In this document: one piece after another, positions 40,391 to 49,791 of the stretch | How the letters are laid out: each line of letters starts with the position of its first letter | Position numbering within the stretch: position 1 is the stretch's first letter | Translations under genes and position numbers: made by a program | Assembly (NCBI GenBank): GCA_028867755.1 | Contig: JAGWFT010000001.1 | Coordinates: 932,727-996,726, forward strand | DNA: 64,000 nt | Origin: Nitrososphaerota archaeon | GTDB taxonomy: Archaea > Thermoproteota > Nitrososphaeria > Nitrososphaerales > Nitrosopumilaceae | Reading direction: 5' to 3' | Notes under the pieces: model-generated | Seen by the model: only the letters and a program-made list of their open reading frames with translations | Databases searched by the model: none | What the model was told of the DNA's origin: nothing

Positions 40391-40495
40391 ATGTTGAACG
40401 AAAAGAAATTTTTTCTGTTTGCAATTATGGCTGGAATCGCAGGAATTATTATTGGAAGTATAGTTATTACAATACATCTTGTGCATTTTTTATAG
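40391..40495 (+). CDS. Possible 34-aa single-pass membrane peptide
   Basis: MLNEKKFFLFAIMAGIAGIIIGSIVITIHLVHFL*. Confidence 0.4.
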   Translation: MLNEKKFFLFAIMAGIAGIIIGSIVITIHLVHFL

Positions 40496-40583
40496 AAACT
40501 TGAAGTTTTGCAAAAAAATAATGACAAGATGCATTTTCTGATAATAGACTTATAATGGGGTATTCGACATTTAGCGTTTATCC

Positions 40584-41576
40584 ATGGGTCATAGGAAGCA
40601 TAGTCAGCCAAGGAGGGGAAGCCTTGCATATTTGCCAAGGGCAAGAGCGAAAAGCATGGAGGCAAGAATACGCACTTGGCCTAAATTTGAAGGCGATCAG
40701 CCAAAACTGCAGGGCTATGCCGGATTCAAAGCCGCATGCATGCGTATTGCAAGCATTGACGATAGAGAAAAGACCCCTAATTTTGGCAAACAACTTGTAA
40801 GCCTTGGAACCATTGTTGTTACTCCGCCTATGACAATTATCGGAATTCGAGGATACTCAAAAGACAGATACGGCCTTGATTCTGCTTTTGACATTTATGC
40901 AAAAGATCTCCCAAAGGAATTATCAAGACTGTTTACTACAAAGCACGACGAAAAAGGACTTGAGAAAGCAGAAAAGTCACTTGGCAAGATAAATGATCTT
41001 TTTGCTATAGTGTCTGTGACACCAAGTCACATCGGACTTGAACAAAAGAAACCATATGTGTTTGAGGTTGCAGTAAAAGGCGGCGACATTAAAACACAAT
41101 TTGCATTTCTCAAAGATCTTTTAGGCAAAGAAGTAAAAATTGATCAAGTTTTTCAAAAAGGCGCTGAAGTTGATGTTGCCGCAATAACAAAAGGAAAGGG
41201 ATTTGAAGGCCCAATTGCAAGATGGGGAGTTAAAAAGAAACAACACAAATCAAGAAAGAGTGTAAGAGCTCTTGGTACTCTGGGTCCTATCAGTCCTGCA
41301 ACAATCATGTACACTGTGCCAAGAGCAGGCCAAAGAGGATTCCATCAAAGAATACAATACAATAACAGAATAATGATAATGGGAAATTCTACTTCTGAAG
41401 AATACAAAATCAATCCTTCCGGTGGATTCAAACATTTTGGTGTAGTAAAAGGTGATTACATTATTTTGCGCGGTTCAATTCCTGGAACTTATCGAAGATT
41501 GGTAAAGCTTCGCACACCAGAGCGACCAAAACTATCAAAGATAAACCAACCAAAAGTTTTGGAGATAATGCTATGA
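40584..41576 (+). CDS. rpl3: 50S ribosomal protein L3 (uL3)
   Basis: PRRGSLAYLPR, GYAGFKA, AITKGKGFEG, VPRAGQRGFHQR. Confidence 0.97.
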   Translation: MGHRKHSQPRRGSLAYLPRARAKSMEARIRTWPKFEGDQPKLQGYAGFKAACMRIASIDDREKTPNFGKQLVSLGTIVVTPPMTIIGIRGYSKDRYGLDSAFDIYAKDLPKELSRLFTTKHDEKGLEKAEKSLGKINDLFAIVSVTPSHIGLEQKKPYVFEVAVKGGDIKTQFAFLKDLLGKEVKIDQVFQKGAEVDVAAITKGKGFEGPIARWGVKKKQHKSRKSVRALGTLGPISPATIMYTVPRAGQRGFHQRIQYNNRIMIMGNSTSEEYKINPSGGFKHFGVVKGDYIILRGSIPGTYRRLVKLRTPERPKLSKINQPKVLEIML

Positions 41577-42388
41577 AAGCTCCAGTCCTCTCCCTTTCTG
41601 GTGCAAAAGACGGCGAAATAGAATTACCGTTGGTATTTTCTACCCCATTAAGAAGTGACTTGATTCACAAGGCGCATATTCATTTAGAGTCCCACAATTT
41701 TCAAAGACAAGGCCGATATCCAAACGCCGGTATGGATGTAGTTGCCGAGTCAAATAGCCCCCCAACAGGACATCATGCAGCAAGAGTTGCACGTATGCTT
41801 GGAGGTGGAGGAGGAAGACAAGGCCAAGGTGGTGGTGTGGCAATGGTACGAAAAGGAAGACAAGCACATCCTCCTGTTGCTGAAAAAGTCGTATACAAGT
41901 TACTTAACAAAAAAGAAAACAAACTTGCACTGTGTTCGGCAATTGCAGCAACTGCATCTTCGATACTTGTAAAACTAAGAGGCCACAGGATTGACAAAAT
42001 CGAATCATTCCCAGTTGTTTTATCTGATCAGATAGAATCTGTATCAAAATCAAAAGAAATTTCCAAGATTTTTGACTCGTTAAACTTTTCTCAAGATGTT
42101 GCACGACTTGAATCAAGACTCAAGCGTCGTTCTGGAAAACCAAGATTGCGTGGAAGACACACCAAAGTAGGCAAAAGCATTCTGCTTGTGGTAAAAGATT
42201 CAAAAAGTCTTGCCAAGGCATGTGGCTCTATGCCAGGTGTTGATGTTGTCGAAGCTAAAAACCTAAGTGTCATCCACTTGGCACCTGGAGCAAAACCAGC
42301 AAGACTGACAGCATTTTCAAAAAGTGCTATAGACGAGCTTGCCAAACTAAAATCCACACACCTTGAATTAATGGTGACACTAAAATGA
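41573..42388 (+). CDS. rpl4: 50S ribosomal protein L4 (uL4)
   Basis: PLVF..PLRSDLI, ARVAR, GRQAHPP, LAPGAKPARLT. Confidence 0.96.
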   Translation: MKAPVLSLSGAKDGEIELPLVFSTPLRSDLIHKAHIHLESHNFQRQGRYPNAGMDVVAESNSPPTGHHAARVARMLGGGGGRQGQGGGVAMVRKGRQAHPPVAEKVVYKLLNKKENKLALCSAIAATASSILVKLRGHRIDKIESFPVVLSDQIESVSKSKEISKIFDSLNFSQDVARLESRLKRRSGKPRLRGRHTKVGKSILLVVKDSKSLAKACGSMPGVDVVEAKNLSVIHLAPGAKPARLTAFSKSAIDELAKLKSTHLELMVTLK

Positions 42389-42651
42389 ACGTAGACGAAG
42401 CAACTCACATCATCCTCAAACCATATGTAACTGAAAAGACATTTGCGCTAGTTGAAAACGAAAGCAGGATTTGTTTTCTAGTAAGAGAAAACACTACAAA
42501 ACCAAAGATATTGGAAGCAGTAAAGGTACTCTACAACGAGACTCCAATAGGGGTTAACGTATGTAGAACAGTATACGGAAAAAAGGCATTTGTCAAGTTT
42601 GACACAATTGAAAAGGCAAGAGACCTTGCAACTAAGATAGGAATGCTATAA
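42385..42651 (+). CDS. rpl23: 50S ribosomal protein L23 (uL23)
   Basis: KPYVTEK, KKAFVKF, operon position. Confidence 0.94.
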   Translation: MNVDEATHIILKPYVTEKTFALVENESRICFLVRENTTKPKILEAVKVLYNETPIGVNVCRTVYGKKAFVKFDTIEKARDLATKIGML

Positions 42652-42692
42652 TATGGTCCTTCGTGAAGCAACTCAGATAATGGTGGAACTAG

Positions 42693-43088
42693 TTGGTTAA
42701 AGAATTCAAGTACCGTGGAATGGCAATCGAGGAATTACAAGGACTGTCACTTGAAAAGTTATTCGAACTTTTGCCATCACGTGCAAGAAGATCGCTGACA
42801 AGAGGAATTACTGATGGCAAGAGAAAATTGCTAGAAGAGACCAAACTTGCAAAGGCAGGCAAGCTCAAGGGACCTATCAAGACCCATCTACGAGATCTCA
42901 TAGTTTTACCATATATGACAGGATTAACAATTAGCGTATTTTCTGGCAAGGAATTCAAACCTGTAGAGATCAAACCAGACATGGTTGGTCACTATCTTGG
43001 AGAATTTGTAATGACTAACAAACGAGTTATTCACGGCGCACCTGGTGTGGGAGCATCAAGGTCCAGTTTGTACGTCCCATTAAAGTGA
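42693..43088 (+). CDS. rps19: 30S ribosomal protein S19 (uS19)
   Basis: [37 protein letters not shown]. Confidence 0.96.
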   Translation: MVKEFKYRGMAIEELQGLSLEKLFELLPSRARRSLTRGITDGKRKLLEETKLAKAGKLKGPIKTHLRDLIVLPYMTGLTISVFSGKEFKPVEIKPDMVGHYLGEFVMTNKRVIHGAPGVGASRSSLYVPLK

Positions 43089-43093
43089 TTGTT

Positions 43094-43549
43094 ATGCATT
43101 TTGGATATTCTTTTCAAAATTATGATAAAACACGACATGTCCGTGCAGCTCTGCGAGAAAAGACAATCTCACACAAGCACGCACGTGAAATTGCAGTAAC
43201 AATCAAAGGAATGTCAATCGAAAAGGCAAGAAGCTATCTGCAAGCAGTTGTTAATTTAGAGCGAGCAGTGCCATTTCGAAGATACAATAATGAAGTGGGA
43301 CACAAGTCAGACACTGGAGTAATGTCAGGCCGATATCCAAAAAAGGCCGCAACTGAATTTTCAAGACTACTTGATAACTTGGAATCAAATGCAGAGTATC
43401 GCGGAATGGACCTTGACAGATTAAGAATAATCAACGCAACTGTACACAAGGGAAGAAAAATAGAAAGATTTATTCCACGTGCACAGGGAAGAGCAACGCC
43501 AAAAATCGATATTCTAACACATGTGGAGCTAGTAGCTCAGGAATTCTAA
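43094..43549 (+). CDS. rpl22: 50S ribosomal protein L22 (uL22)
   Basis: ISHKHAREI..IKGM, VPFRRYN, GRYPKKAA, PRAQGRA; ATG at 43094 preferred. Confidence 0.95.
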   Translation: MHFGYSFQNYDKTRHVRAALREKTISHKHAREIAVTIKGMSIEKARSYLQAVVNLERAVPFRRYNNEVGHKSDTGVMSGRYPKKAATEFSRLLDNLESNAEYRGMDLDRLRIINATVHKGRKIERFIPRAQGRATPKIDILTHVELVAQEF

Positions 43550-43550
43550 C

Positions 43551-44324
43551 ATGTCATCAGTAAAAAATGTAATTCAAGACAGCTACAAACTTATGCTTTT
43601 GAAAGATTATCTAAGAGAAGCAATCAAGGAAGCAGGTTTTTCAGCAGTTGATATTCAGAAAACTCCAACAGGTACTCGAGTCGGGTTGCACGTAACAAGG
43701 CCAGGAATTGTCATTGGCAGAAAAGGCAGTGGCATTCGTGATCTTACAAAAGTTTTAGAAAAAGACTTTGGACTTAAGAGCCCACAGATTTCAGTAATCG
43801 AGATTCCACGCCCAGAGCTTGAACCAAGTGTCATGTGCAACAGAATGTCACAGCACCTTGCAAGGGGAACTGCATTTAGACGAGCTGTAATGTGGACACT
43901 GCAAACAATCATGGAAGCAGGTGCAATGGGTGTACAAATCACAATATCTGGAAAACTAAGAGGAGAGCGTTCATCATTTGAAAAACATAGCAAAGGAATA
44001 CTGCCACGAGCAGGATACCAGGCAGGAATTGTAGTGTCAGAAGACATTGCACACGTGGAGACCAAAATGGGCCTCATTGGTGTCAGAATAAGAATTGCAA
44101 GAAAAGAATACTATATTCCAGAATTTGAGTTAAAGATAAGAAAGACACCAGCACCAAAACCAAAACCAGTCGAAGAAATAATCGTAGATCCAACAGCTGA
44201 GGTAATTGAAGAGCCAAAAATTGACCCAACAAAACCACGAACAGAAAGCGAAGAGATTGAAAGAGAAGAGAAGCTAATAGAACAAGTTGAGGTCTACGAA
44301 GAAGTCGAGGAGGAGCTCAAGTAA
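43551..44324 (+). CDS. rps3: 30S ribosomal protein S3 (uS3) with acidic tail
   Basis: TRPGIVIGRKG, AFRRA, GVQITISGKLRG. Confidence 0.96.
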   Translation: MSSVKNVIQDSYKLMLLKDYLREAIKEAGFSAVDIQKTPTGTRVGLHVTRPGIVIGRKGSGIRDLTKVLEKDFGLKSPQISVIEIPRPELEPSVMCNRMSQHLARGTAFRRAVMWTLQTIMEAGAMGVQITISGKLRGERSSFEKHSKGILPRAGYQAGIVVSEDIAHVETKMGLIGVRIRIARKEYYIPEFELKIRKTPAPKPKPVEEIIVDPTAEVIEEPKIDPTKPRTESEEIEREEKLIEQVEVYEEVEEELK

Positions 44325-44527
44325 TGACTCGACTGAAGATGAAAACTATACGTGAGCTAAACGAGACTGACCTAAAGGACAGACTTGATCAGTTACGCTC
44401 AGAGCTGACAAAGCTTAGAATCGAGTCATCAAAAGGAACATTACGAAAAGATAGCGGTAAAGTAAAGCCTACGCGAAGAGATATTGCACGAGTACTAACA
44501 AGATTAAACGAGTTGAGAAAAAAATGA
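44324..44527 (+). CDS. rpl29: 50S ribosomal protein L29 (uL29)
   Basis: IRELNETDL..L.QLRSEL, RRDIARVLT. Confidence 0.95.
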   Translation: MTRLKMKTIRELNETDLKDRLDQLRSELTKLRIESSKGTLRKDSGKVKPTRRDIARVLTRLNELRKK

Positions 44528-44790
44528 TAACAAAAGAAAACATCGCATCACATGAATTGATTGGATTGGAAGCACAGATTGTAGAATCTACTAATAAACA
44601 GATAATTGGTCTTGCAGGAAAAGTTGTAGACGAAACAAAATCCATGTTTACATTAAGAACTCAAAAAGGCAACAAAAAATTCCCAAAAGCAGAATCGCAC
44701 TGGAATTTTAGCTTCAATAACGATCAAGTCAAAATTGACGGCGCAAGACTAACCAAGAGGCCATACGAAAGAATGGGAGTAAAAGCATGA
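44524..44790 (+). CDS. rnp1: RNase P protein subunit p29 (Rnp1)
   Basis: [27 protein letters not shown]. Confidence 0.93.
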   Translation: MITKENIASHELIGLEAQIVESTNKQIIGLAGKVVDETKSMFTLRTQKGNKKFPKAESHWNFSFNNDQVKIDGARLTKRPYERMGVKA

Positions 44791-45110
44791 CTAGAAACAT
44801 AGGGCTGCAAGTTACTACACCAAAATCAGAATGCAAAGATGACCACTGTCCATTCCATGGCACTCTTAGCGTAAGGGGCAAACTCATCCAGGGAAAAGTA
44901 GTAAGTGCAAAAGCTCCTAAAATGGTTGTAGTGCAGCAAGAGGCTCCAAAGTTTGTGCCAAAATACAAAAGATATGCACGTAGCCAAAGCAAGATTCATG
45001 CTCACAGGCCGCTCTGCCTTGATGTCAAGGAAGGCGATATTGTGCTGACTGCAGAATGCAGACCGTTATCAAAGAGTGTGTCATTTGTAGTTGTGGAGGT
45101 TGTGTCATAA
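44787..45110 (+). CDS. rps17: 30S ribosomal protein S17 (uS17)
   Basis: [31 protein letters not shown]. Confidence 0.96.
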   Translation: MTRNIGLQVTTPKSECKDDHCPFHGTLSVRGKLIQGKVVSAKAPKMVVVQQEAPKFVPKYKRYARSQSKIHAHRPLCLDVKEGDIVLTAECRPLSKSVSFVVVEVVS

Positions 45111-45547
45111 TGACAGCAACAAAGAGTCGTGCAGTTTCTGCAAAAGGTGTACAAGAATTCAGGCCATATGTCACAAGAGCCTTGCCACTTGGAGCCCAAG
45201 TTGTCTGTGCAGATAATACCGGTGCCAAGATCCTCGAGATAGTGATGGTACAAAAGACAAAGACCAGAGTGGCAAGATACCCATCAGCAGCAGTAGGAGA
45301 TTTTGTAAACGTTGTAGTAAAAAAAGGCCCGGGTGAGCTCAGGGGCCAGATATTTGGTGCAGTGATAATTAGACAAAAGTATGCAGTTCACAGATTAAGC
45401 GGTGTTAGAGTTACATTCGAAGATAATGCAGCAGTACTTGTTACTCCAGAAGGCGAGATAAAGGGAACGGAGATCAAAGGACCGGTTGCAGTAGAAGCTT
45501 CAGAGAAATGGCCAAGGATAGCAAACCTGGCATCAATGGTGGTATAA
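45110..45547 (+). CDS. rpl14: 50S ribosomal protein L14 (uL14)
   Basis: CADNTGAK, AAVGD, FEDNAAV, KGPVA; start moved to ATG 45110 overlapping the rps17 stop. Confidence 0.95.
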   Translation: MTATKSRAVSAKGVQEFRPYVTRALPLGAQVVCADNTGAKILEIVMVQKTKTRVARYPSAAVGDFVNVVVKKGPGELRGQIFGAVIIRQKYAVHRLSGVRVTFEDNAAVLVTPEGEIKGTEIKGPVAVEASEKWPRIANLASMVV

Positions 45548-45548
45548 C

Positions 45549-46097
45549 ATGAAGCCTACTATTATGCGAAACAGAATGTTGTACATGGCATCGGCACATC
45601 TTATCAGTAAACAAATGGCTGCTCCGCTTTCTGATGATCTGCAAGAAAAATATCATCAACACAGTGCTAGAGTGATAGAAGGCGATAGCGTAAAAGTTCT
45701 TAGAGGCGAATTCAAAGGAATCGAAGGCAAGGTTACTAATGTTTCAACTGAAAAAAGAGGAATAGCAATTGAGGGAATAAAACGTGAAAAACTCAAAGGG
45801 GGAAACGTCGACATTTACATTCACACATCTAAAGTAATGATAACTACTCTAAATCTACAAGACAAGTGGAGACAGAGCAGACTTGAAGGGCAAAAGCCAA
45901 AGACTGCAAAACAAAAACCTGCCGTAGTAGAGCAAACAGATGCTGCAAAACCAAAAGAAGAGACTCCAAAACCAAAAGAGCAACCAAAGAAAGAGGAAAA
46001 GAAAGAGCAAAAGCCAAAACAAAAAGAAACAAAAGCAGCTGAAAAACCACAAAAGACGGAGAAAAAATCTCCAAAATCAAAAAAGAGTGATAAATAA
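45549..46097 (+). CDS. rpl24: 50S ribosomal protein L24 (uL24) with K/E/P-rich extension
   Basis: APLSDDL.EKY, GDSVKVLRGEFKG (KOW), IHTSKVMIT. Confidence 0.94.
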   Translation: MKPTIMRNRMLYMASAHLISKQMAAPLSDDLQEKYHQHSARVIEGDSVKVLRGEFKGIEGKVTNVSTEKRGIAIEGIKREKLKGGNVDIYIHTSKVMITTLNLQDKWRQSRLEGQKPKTAKQKPAVVEQTDAAKPKEETPKPKEQPKKEEKKEQKPKQKETKAAEKPQKTEKKSPKSKKSDK

Positions 46098-46813
46098 TGG
46101 TAAGCATAGCAGGAAGTAAGAAACTAAAAAGACAGATGGCCCCACTTTTCTGGGGAATTACAAGAAAGGATAAGAGATTTGTAGTTACTGTCAAGCCAGG
46201 AGGCCACAAAAAAGATATCTCTATCCCAACTGCAGTATTTGTACGTGATACTCTAAAACTTGCAACAACGCTTCGAGAGACCAAGTCAGTCATTTATGGA
46301 GGAAAGATAACAGTGGACGGAATTGTCCGCAAGTCACTTCACCACGGGATTGGACTGATGGATGTAGTAGAGCTGCAAGGAGTGCAAGAAGTATACCGAC
46401 TTGTTCCAAAAGATTTGACTGTCTTAAAACCAATTACAATAAACGCATCTGAGAAGACAAAAAAATTATTGAAGGTGACCAAAAAAGTCACAATTAAGGA
46501 TAAAAAAACACAGATAGGATTTCATGACGGAAGAATTCTAATCTCTGATGCCAAAGTAAGCGTAGGCGATACCTGTCTTGTCCAAGTTCCACAAATCAAG
46601 ATCCTCGATGTGATAAAACTCGAGAAGGGCGCACAAGTAATTGTGACAAGTGGTGTAAACGTAGGAAAGATGGGCAAAGTGGCAGAAATAAAGGAAGGAA
46701 CATTCGTATTGCCAAAAAGAGCCTTGGTTGATATTGGAGAAAGACAGATCGAGATTCCGTCTGACCTAATCATGGCAGTTGGAAAGGACAAACCAGTAAT
46801 ACAAATAGAGTGA
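46097..46813 (+). CDS. rps4e: 30S ribosomal protein S4e (eS4)
   Basis: KLKRQMAP, PGGH, VDGIVRK..GLMDVV. Confidence 0.95.
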   Translation: MVSIAGSKKLKRQMAPLFWGITRKDKRFVVTVKPGGHKKDISIPTAVFVRDTLKLATTLRETKSVIYGGKITVDGIVRKSLHHGIGLMDVVELQGVQEVYRLVPKDLTVLKPITINASEKTKKLLKVTKKVTIKDKKTQIGFHDGRILISDAKVSVGDTCLVQVPQIKILDVIKLEKGAQVIVTSGVNVGKMGKVAEIKEGTFVLPKRALVDIGERQIEIPSDLIMAVGKDKPVIQIE

Positions 46814-46818
46814 TAGTA

Positions 46819-47340
46819 ATGTCTCAAAAAATGGAATCAATAATGAAAAAAATAACAGTTGCAAAGGTAGTGCTCAATATGGGAGTGGGCAAGTCAGGGG
46901 ACCCAATAGAAAAAGCAAAGCGTGCGCTAGAGCAAATATCTGGCCAAAAACCAAACCCTAGAGCAGCCAAGGCCACCCAAAGAGACTGGGGTGTACACAA
47001 GGGAGAACCAATAGGTGTTGCAGTAACAATACGAAAAAAACCCGCACTTGAATTAATAAAAAGACTAATTTCAGCCAAAGGAAGTCAGCTCAAGGGCTCA
47101 TCATTTGATGAGTTTGGCAATGTTTCTTTTGGAATAAGAGAACATATCGATATTCCTGGAGTAAAGTATGATCCTGATGTTGGAATCGTTGGATTGAATA
47201 TCACAATTTCATTGACAAGGCCTGGATTTGGTATCAGATTTAGAAGCAAGCACAAGGCAAGCATTGGCAACACCCATAGAATAACTGCCCAGGATGCAAA
47301 GGATTTTCTTGCCCGTGAGTTTGGAGTCCAAGTGGTATAG
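46819..47340 (+). CDS. rpl5: 50S ribosomal protein L5 (uL5)
   Basis: KVVLNMGVG, SFGIREHIDIPGVKYDP.VG..G, RPG; ATG at 46819 preferred. Confidence 0.96.
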   Translation: MSQKMESIMKKITVAKVVLNMGVGKSGDPIEKAKRALEQISGQKPNPRAAKATQRDWGVHKGEPIGVAVTIRKKPALELIKRLISAKGSQLKGSSFDEFGNVSFGIREHIDIPGVKYDPDVGIVGLNITISLTRPGFGIRFRSKHKASIGNTHRITAQDAKDFLAREFGVQVV

Positions 47341-47341
47341 T

Positions 47342-47521
47342 ATGGCAAAGAATAGAGAATATGCAGTTACAGGCAGAAAAGAGCACAAATTTGGCAAAGG
47401 CTCACGATGGTGTAAAAGATGCGGTGACTATAATGCTGTTATTCAAAAATATGACCTGACACTGTGCAGGCGATGTTTCCGAGAAGTAGCTGTTTCATTG
47501 GGGTTTAACAAATTTAGGTGA
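47342..47521 (+). CDS. rps14: 30S ribosomal protein S14 (uS14, Zn-binding)
   Basis: GKGSRWCKRCG...LCRRCFRE..LGF.K; start at ATG 47342. Confidence 0.95.
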   Translation: MAKNREYAVTGRKEHKFGKGSRWCKRCGDYNAVIQKYDLTLCRRCFREVAVSLGFNKFR

Positions 47522-47525
47522 AAAT

Positions 47526-47918
47526 ATGCCAACAACTAATATCTTAGCAAACTTGTTTGTGACACTATACAACAGCGAGGCACGAAGAAAGGGAGACTGT
47601 GTAGTTCTTCCTACCTCAAAACTTGCAACCGAGGTACTCAAGACGCTACAAAATCACAGCTATATCGGTGAGTTTGAACACGTTGACGACAAAAGAGGAG
47701 GCAAGTTCAGGATACAACTATTGGCAAAGATAACAAAGTGCGGTGCAATTACACCAAGATTCAAGGTAAGCAAGGACGGATATGCAAGATGGGAGCAACA
47801 ATACTTGCCTTCCTATTCTAGAGGCATGCTAATTGTCACAACAAATCAAGGTGTCATGTCACACCACGATGCAGTAACAAAGGGTATTGGAGGATTATTG
47901 GTGGGATATGTCTACTGA
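47526..47918 (+). CDS. rps8: 30S ribosomal protein S8 (uS8)
   Basis: YIGEFE..DDKRGGK, KCGAITPRF, VTTNQGVMSH. Confidence 0.96.
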   Translation: MPTTNILANLFVTLYNSEARRKGDCVVLPTSKLATEVLKTLQNHSYIGEFEHVDDKRGGKFRIQLLAKITKCGAITPRFKVSKDGYARWEQQYLPSYSRGMLIVTTNQGVMSHHDAVTKGIGGLLVGYVY

Positions 47919-48465
47919 GCAAGTTGAGATACACGAGGTAACAATTACAGTACCTGATAAAGTAAAGGTATCAGAGCACCACAGAATTCTCAGTGTTGAA
48001 GGACCACTGGGCAAAACAAGAAAGAACTTTAAGAAAATCCCAGTAGAGCTTAAAATCGACGGCAAGACCATTATAGTAAAATCAGTTGGCACCCGTAAAA
48101 GAGATTATGCAATATTCAAGACAGCAGAGTCACTCATCAATACTCTCATCAAGGGGGTACAAACCGGATACACCTTTAAGATGAAGATAGTTTATGCACA
48201 CTTTCCTATCACAGTAAAAGCAAAAGATGGCAGCATCCATGTCGAGAACTTTCAAGGAGAGCGTGCACCGCGAGTATCAAAAATATTTGGTGCAACCAAA
48301 GTAGTTGCAAAAGGCGATGATGTGGTAATCACAGGGCCAGTCCTGACAGATGTTTCACAGACAGCTGCAAGTCTTCAGCAAAACACCAAAGTCAAAAATA
48401 AAGATTCTCGAGTTTTTCTTGACGGCATCTATCTTTTTGAAAAACAAGACGGAATCGAAAAGTAA
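47908..48465 (+). CDS. rpl6: 50S ribosomal protein L6 (uL6)
   Basis: GPLG, KIVYAHFPI, DSRVFLDGIY; start at ATG 47908. Confidence 0.96.
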   Translation: MSTEQVEIHEVTITVPDKVKVSEHHRILSVEGPLGKTRKNFKKIPVELKIDGKTIIVKSVGTRKRDYAIFKTAESLINTLIKGVQTGYTFKMKIVYAHFPITVKAKDGSIHVENFQGERAPRVSKIFGATKVVAKGDDVVITGPVLTDVSQTAASLQQNTKVKNKDSRVFLDGIYLFEKQDGIEK

Positions 48466-48509
48466 TCTCAGCAAGAATTAAATCGGCTTATCCTACGAAC
48501 AAGACTGTT

Positions 48510-48583
48510 GCCGCCCTAGCTCAGCGTGGTAGAGCAGCTGACTGTTAATCAGCGGGTCGTCAGTTCAAGTCTGACGGGTGGCG
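48510..48583 (+). tRNA. tRNA-Asn(GUU)
   Basis: GCCGCCC/GGGTGGC acceptor, GCTC/GAGC D stem, GCTGA-CT-GTT-AA-TCAGC anticodon arm, GTCAG-TTCAAGT-CTGAC T arm. Confidence 0.97.
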
Positions 48584-48584
48584 C

Positions 48585-48617
48585 TTAATATTTCTAAATT
48601 CGAATTCTGAAACATTA
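48585..48617. repeat. Palindromic repeat, copy 1
   Basis: TTAATATTTCTAAATTCGAATTCTGAAACATTA; 30/33 identical to 52675-52707. Confidence 0.8.
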
Positions 48618-48668
48618 TTTTTGTTACCTGCAAATCATGATATATTGTAGTACAGCGTTTGTAGGCAT

Positions 48669-48696
48669 GTATTTCTAAATTCGAGTTTAGAAAGAT
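48669..48696. repeat. Palindromic repeat, copy 2
   Basis: GTATTTCTAAA-TTCGAG-TTTAGAAAGAT; 24/28 identical to the core of the 52668 palindrome. Confidence 0.75.
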
Positions 48697-48784
48697 CGTA
48701 TTACGATCACTTGTTGGTTGATTCTCTTAGACTGTATAGATCTAATACTGATCGCAACATAACCACATATGCAGGAGGTCCGCA

Positions 48785-49042
48785 TTGGCCAGAACAAGAC
48801 GCGCAAATAGGTATTGCGTGGATTGTGGAGGGAGATTAGTTTACTATCCCCGCCTTTCGAACCCAAAAGCTCCAAATGAATACAGGGTGCTGGTTTATGC
48901 TTGTCCCGACTGCACTAAAGATTTTGATAAACCAAAGATGTTTTCCATAAAGCGAAACGTGGTAGACGAGCCAATAGAGACAGTAGAAATAGAGATAGTC
49001 CAGGCCAGAGAAAAGGTCCCAGAGGCTGCAAGAGCTGTCTAG
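48785..49042 (+). CDS. Zinc-ribbon protein
   Basis: CVDCG ... YACPDC; TTG start preceded by GGAGGT. Confidence 0.75.
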   Translation: MARTRRANRYCVDCGGRLVYYPRLSNPKAPNEYRVLVYACPDCTKDFDKPKMFSIKRNVVDEPIETVEIEIVQAREKVPEAARAV

Positions 49043-49091
49043 TGGCAAAAATGCTAAGTATTACAGTACAGAAAACAAAGCTGAAAAAAAC

Positions 49092-49418
49092 ATGCGCGTT
49101 TTCTTTACTTCAAAACTTGAGACACTATTAGAGAAAATAGAACTAGGCGACTGGCGGCAAAGGCTGCAAGAACCACTAACATACCATGAGCAGTCGCTAT
49201 CAGATAACTGGAAGTCTTGTGCCCTGGGAGAGAGAATACAAAGAGAAGGACGAGACCTTGGAAAAGTAAAGGATCTGACCCCCGAGGCCATAAAATTGGG
49301 ATTTAGTTTTGCAACTGCAATAAAGCGCAGGGATAGTACTGCTGCCTTGGATATATTAGAACAAATTGAAAAACTACCATCAATATGGCGCAGCCAAGAA
49401 GACGCAATTTCTGCATGA
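49092..49418 (+). CDS. Hypothetical helical protein
   Basis: 108-aa ORF, co-oriented with the upstream gene; start uncertain. Confidence 0.6.
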   Translation: MRVFFTSKLETLLEKIELGDWRQRLQEPLTYHEQSLSDNWKSCALGERIQREGRDLGKVKDLTPEAIKLGFSFATAIKRRDSTAALDILEQIEKLPSIWRSQEDAISA

Positions 49419-49791
49419 TTTTATCACTGTAATTTAGGCCAGTTTTTCTGCAAAAATATGGCAAAAAATGGGGTTTAACCTTTATTCGTACACCCAAAAG
49501 AAAAGCAAACTCTTACCTGGTAATGGGGGTGGTTTGACCTTTGACTGCCATATGCACGCTCAAGTGTTCAACCCCCCGCCAAAATCGCGTTTTTTGAAAA
49601 AATCACATCCTGCGTGATGCTAGGAAAATAAGCAGGGGTTTAACCTTTGAGCCTAATATCACAAAAAAAGAATTTCGCTAAAAAAGACCATTTTAGACCA
49701 TTTATGGAAATGACACTGGTATGATCTAGCAAGTTTTGTGGCAAATAGGGGGGTAAAAATAACCCAAAAGACACCAAAGAATTGGATAACG

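Noticed and set aside
40300-40665. 121-aa minus-strand ORF
   Set aside because: Overlaps both the SPOUT gene and rpl3 antisense; no motif
49042-49130. Possible frameshift at the A7 run joining an upstream GTG/ATG frame to 49092..49418
   Set aside because: No homology evidence that the protein extends; cannot be supported from sequence alone
49510-49530. CTTACCTGG resembling the U1 snRNA 5' end
   Set aside because: Nine-base chance match with no U1 structure
49420-49790. Replication origin (ORB array)
   Set aside because: G-strings are present but the TTCCA...GAAA ORB core is not, and there is no cdc6/orc1 in the window
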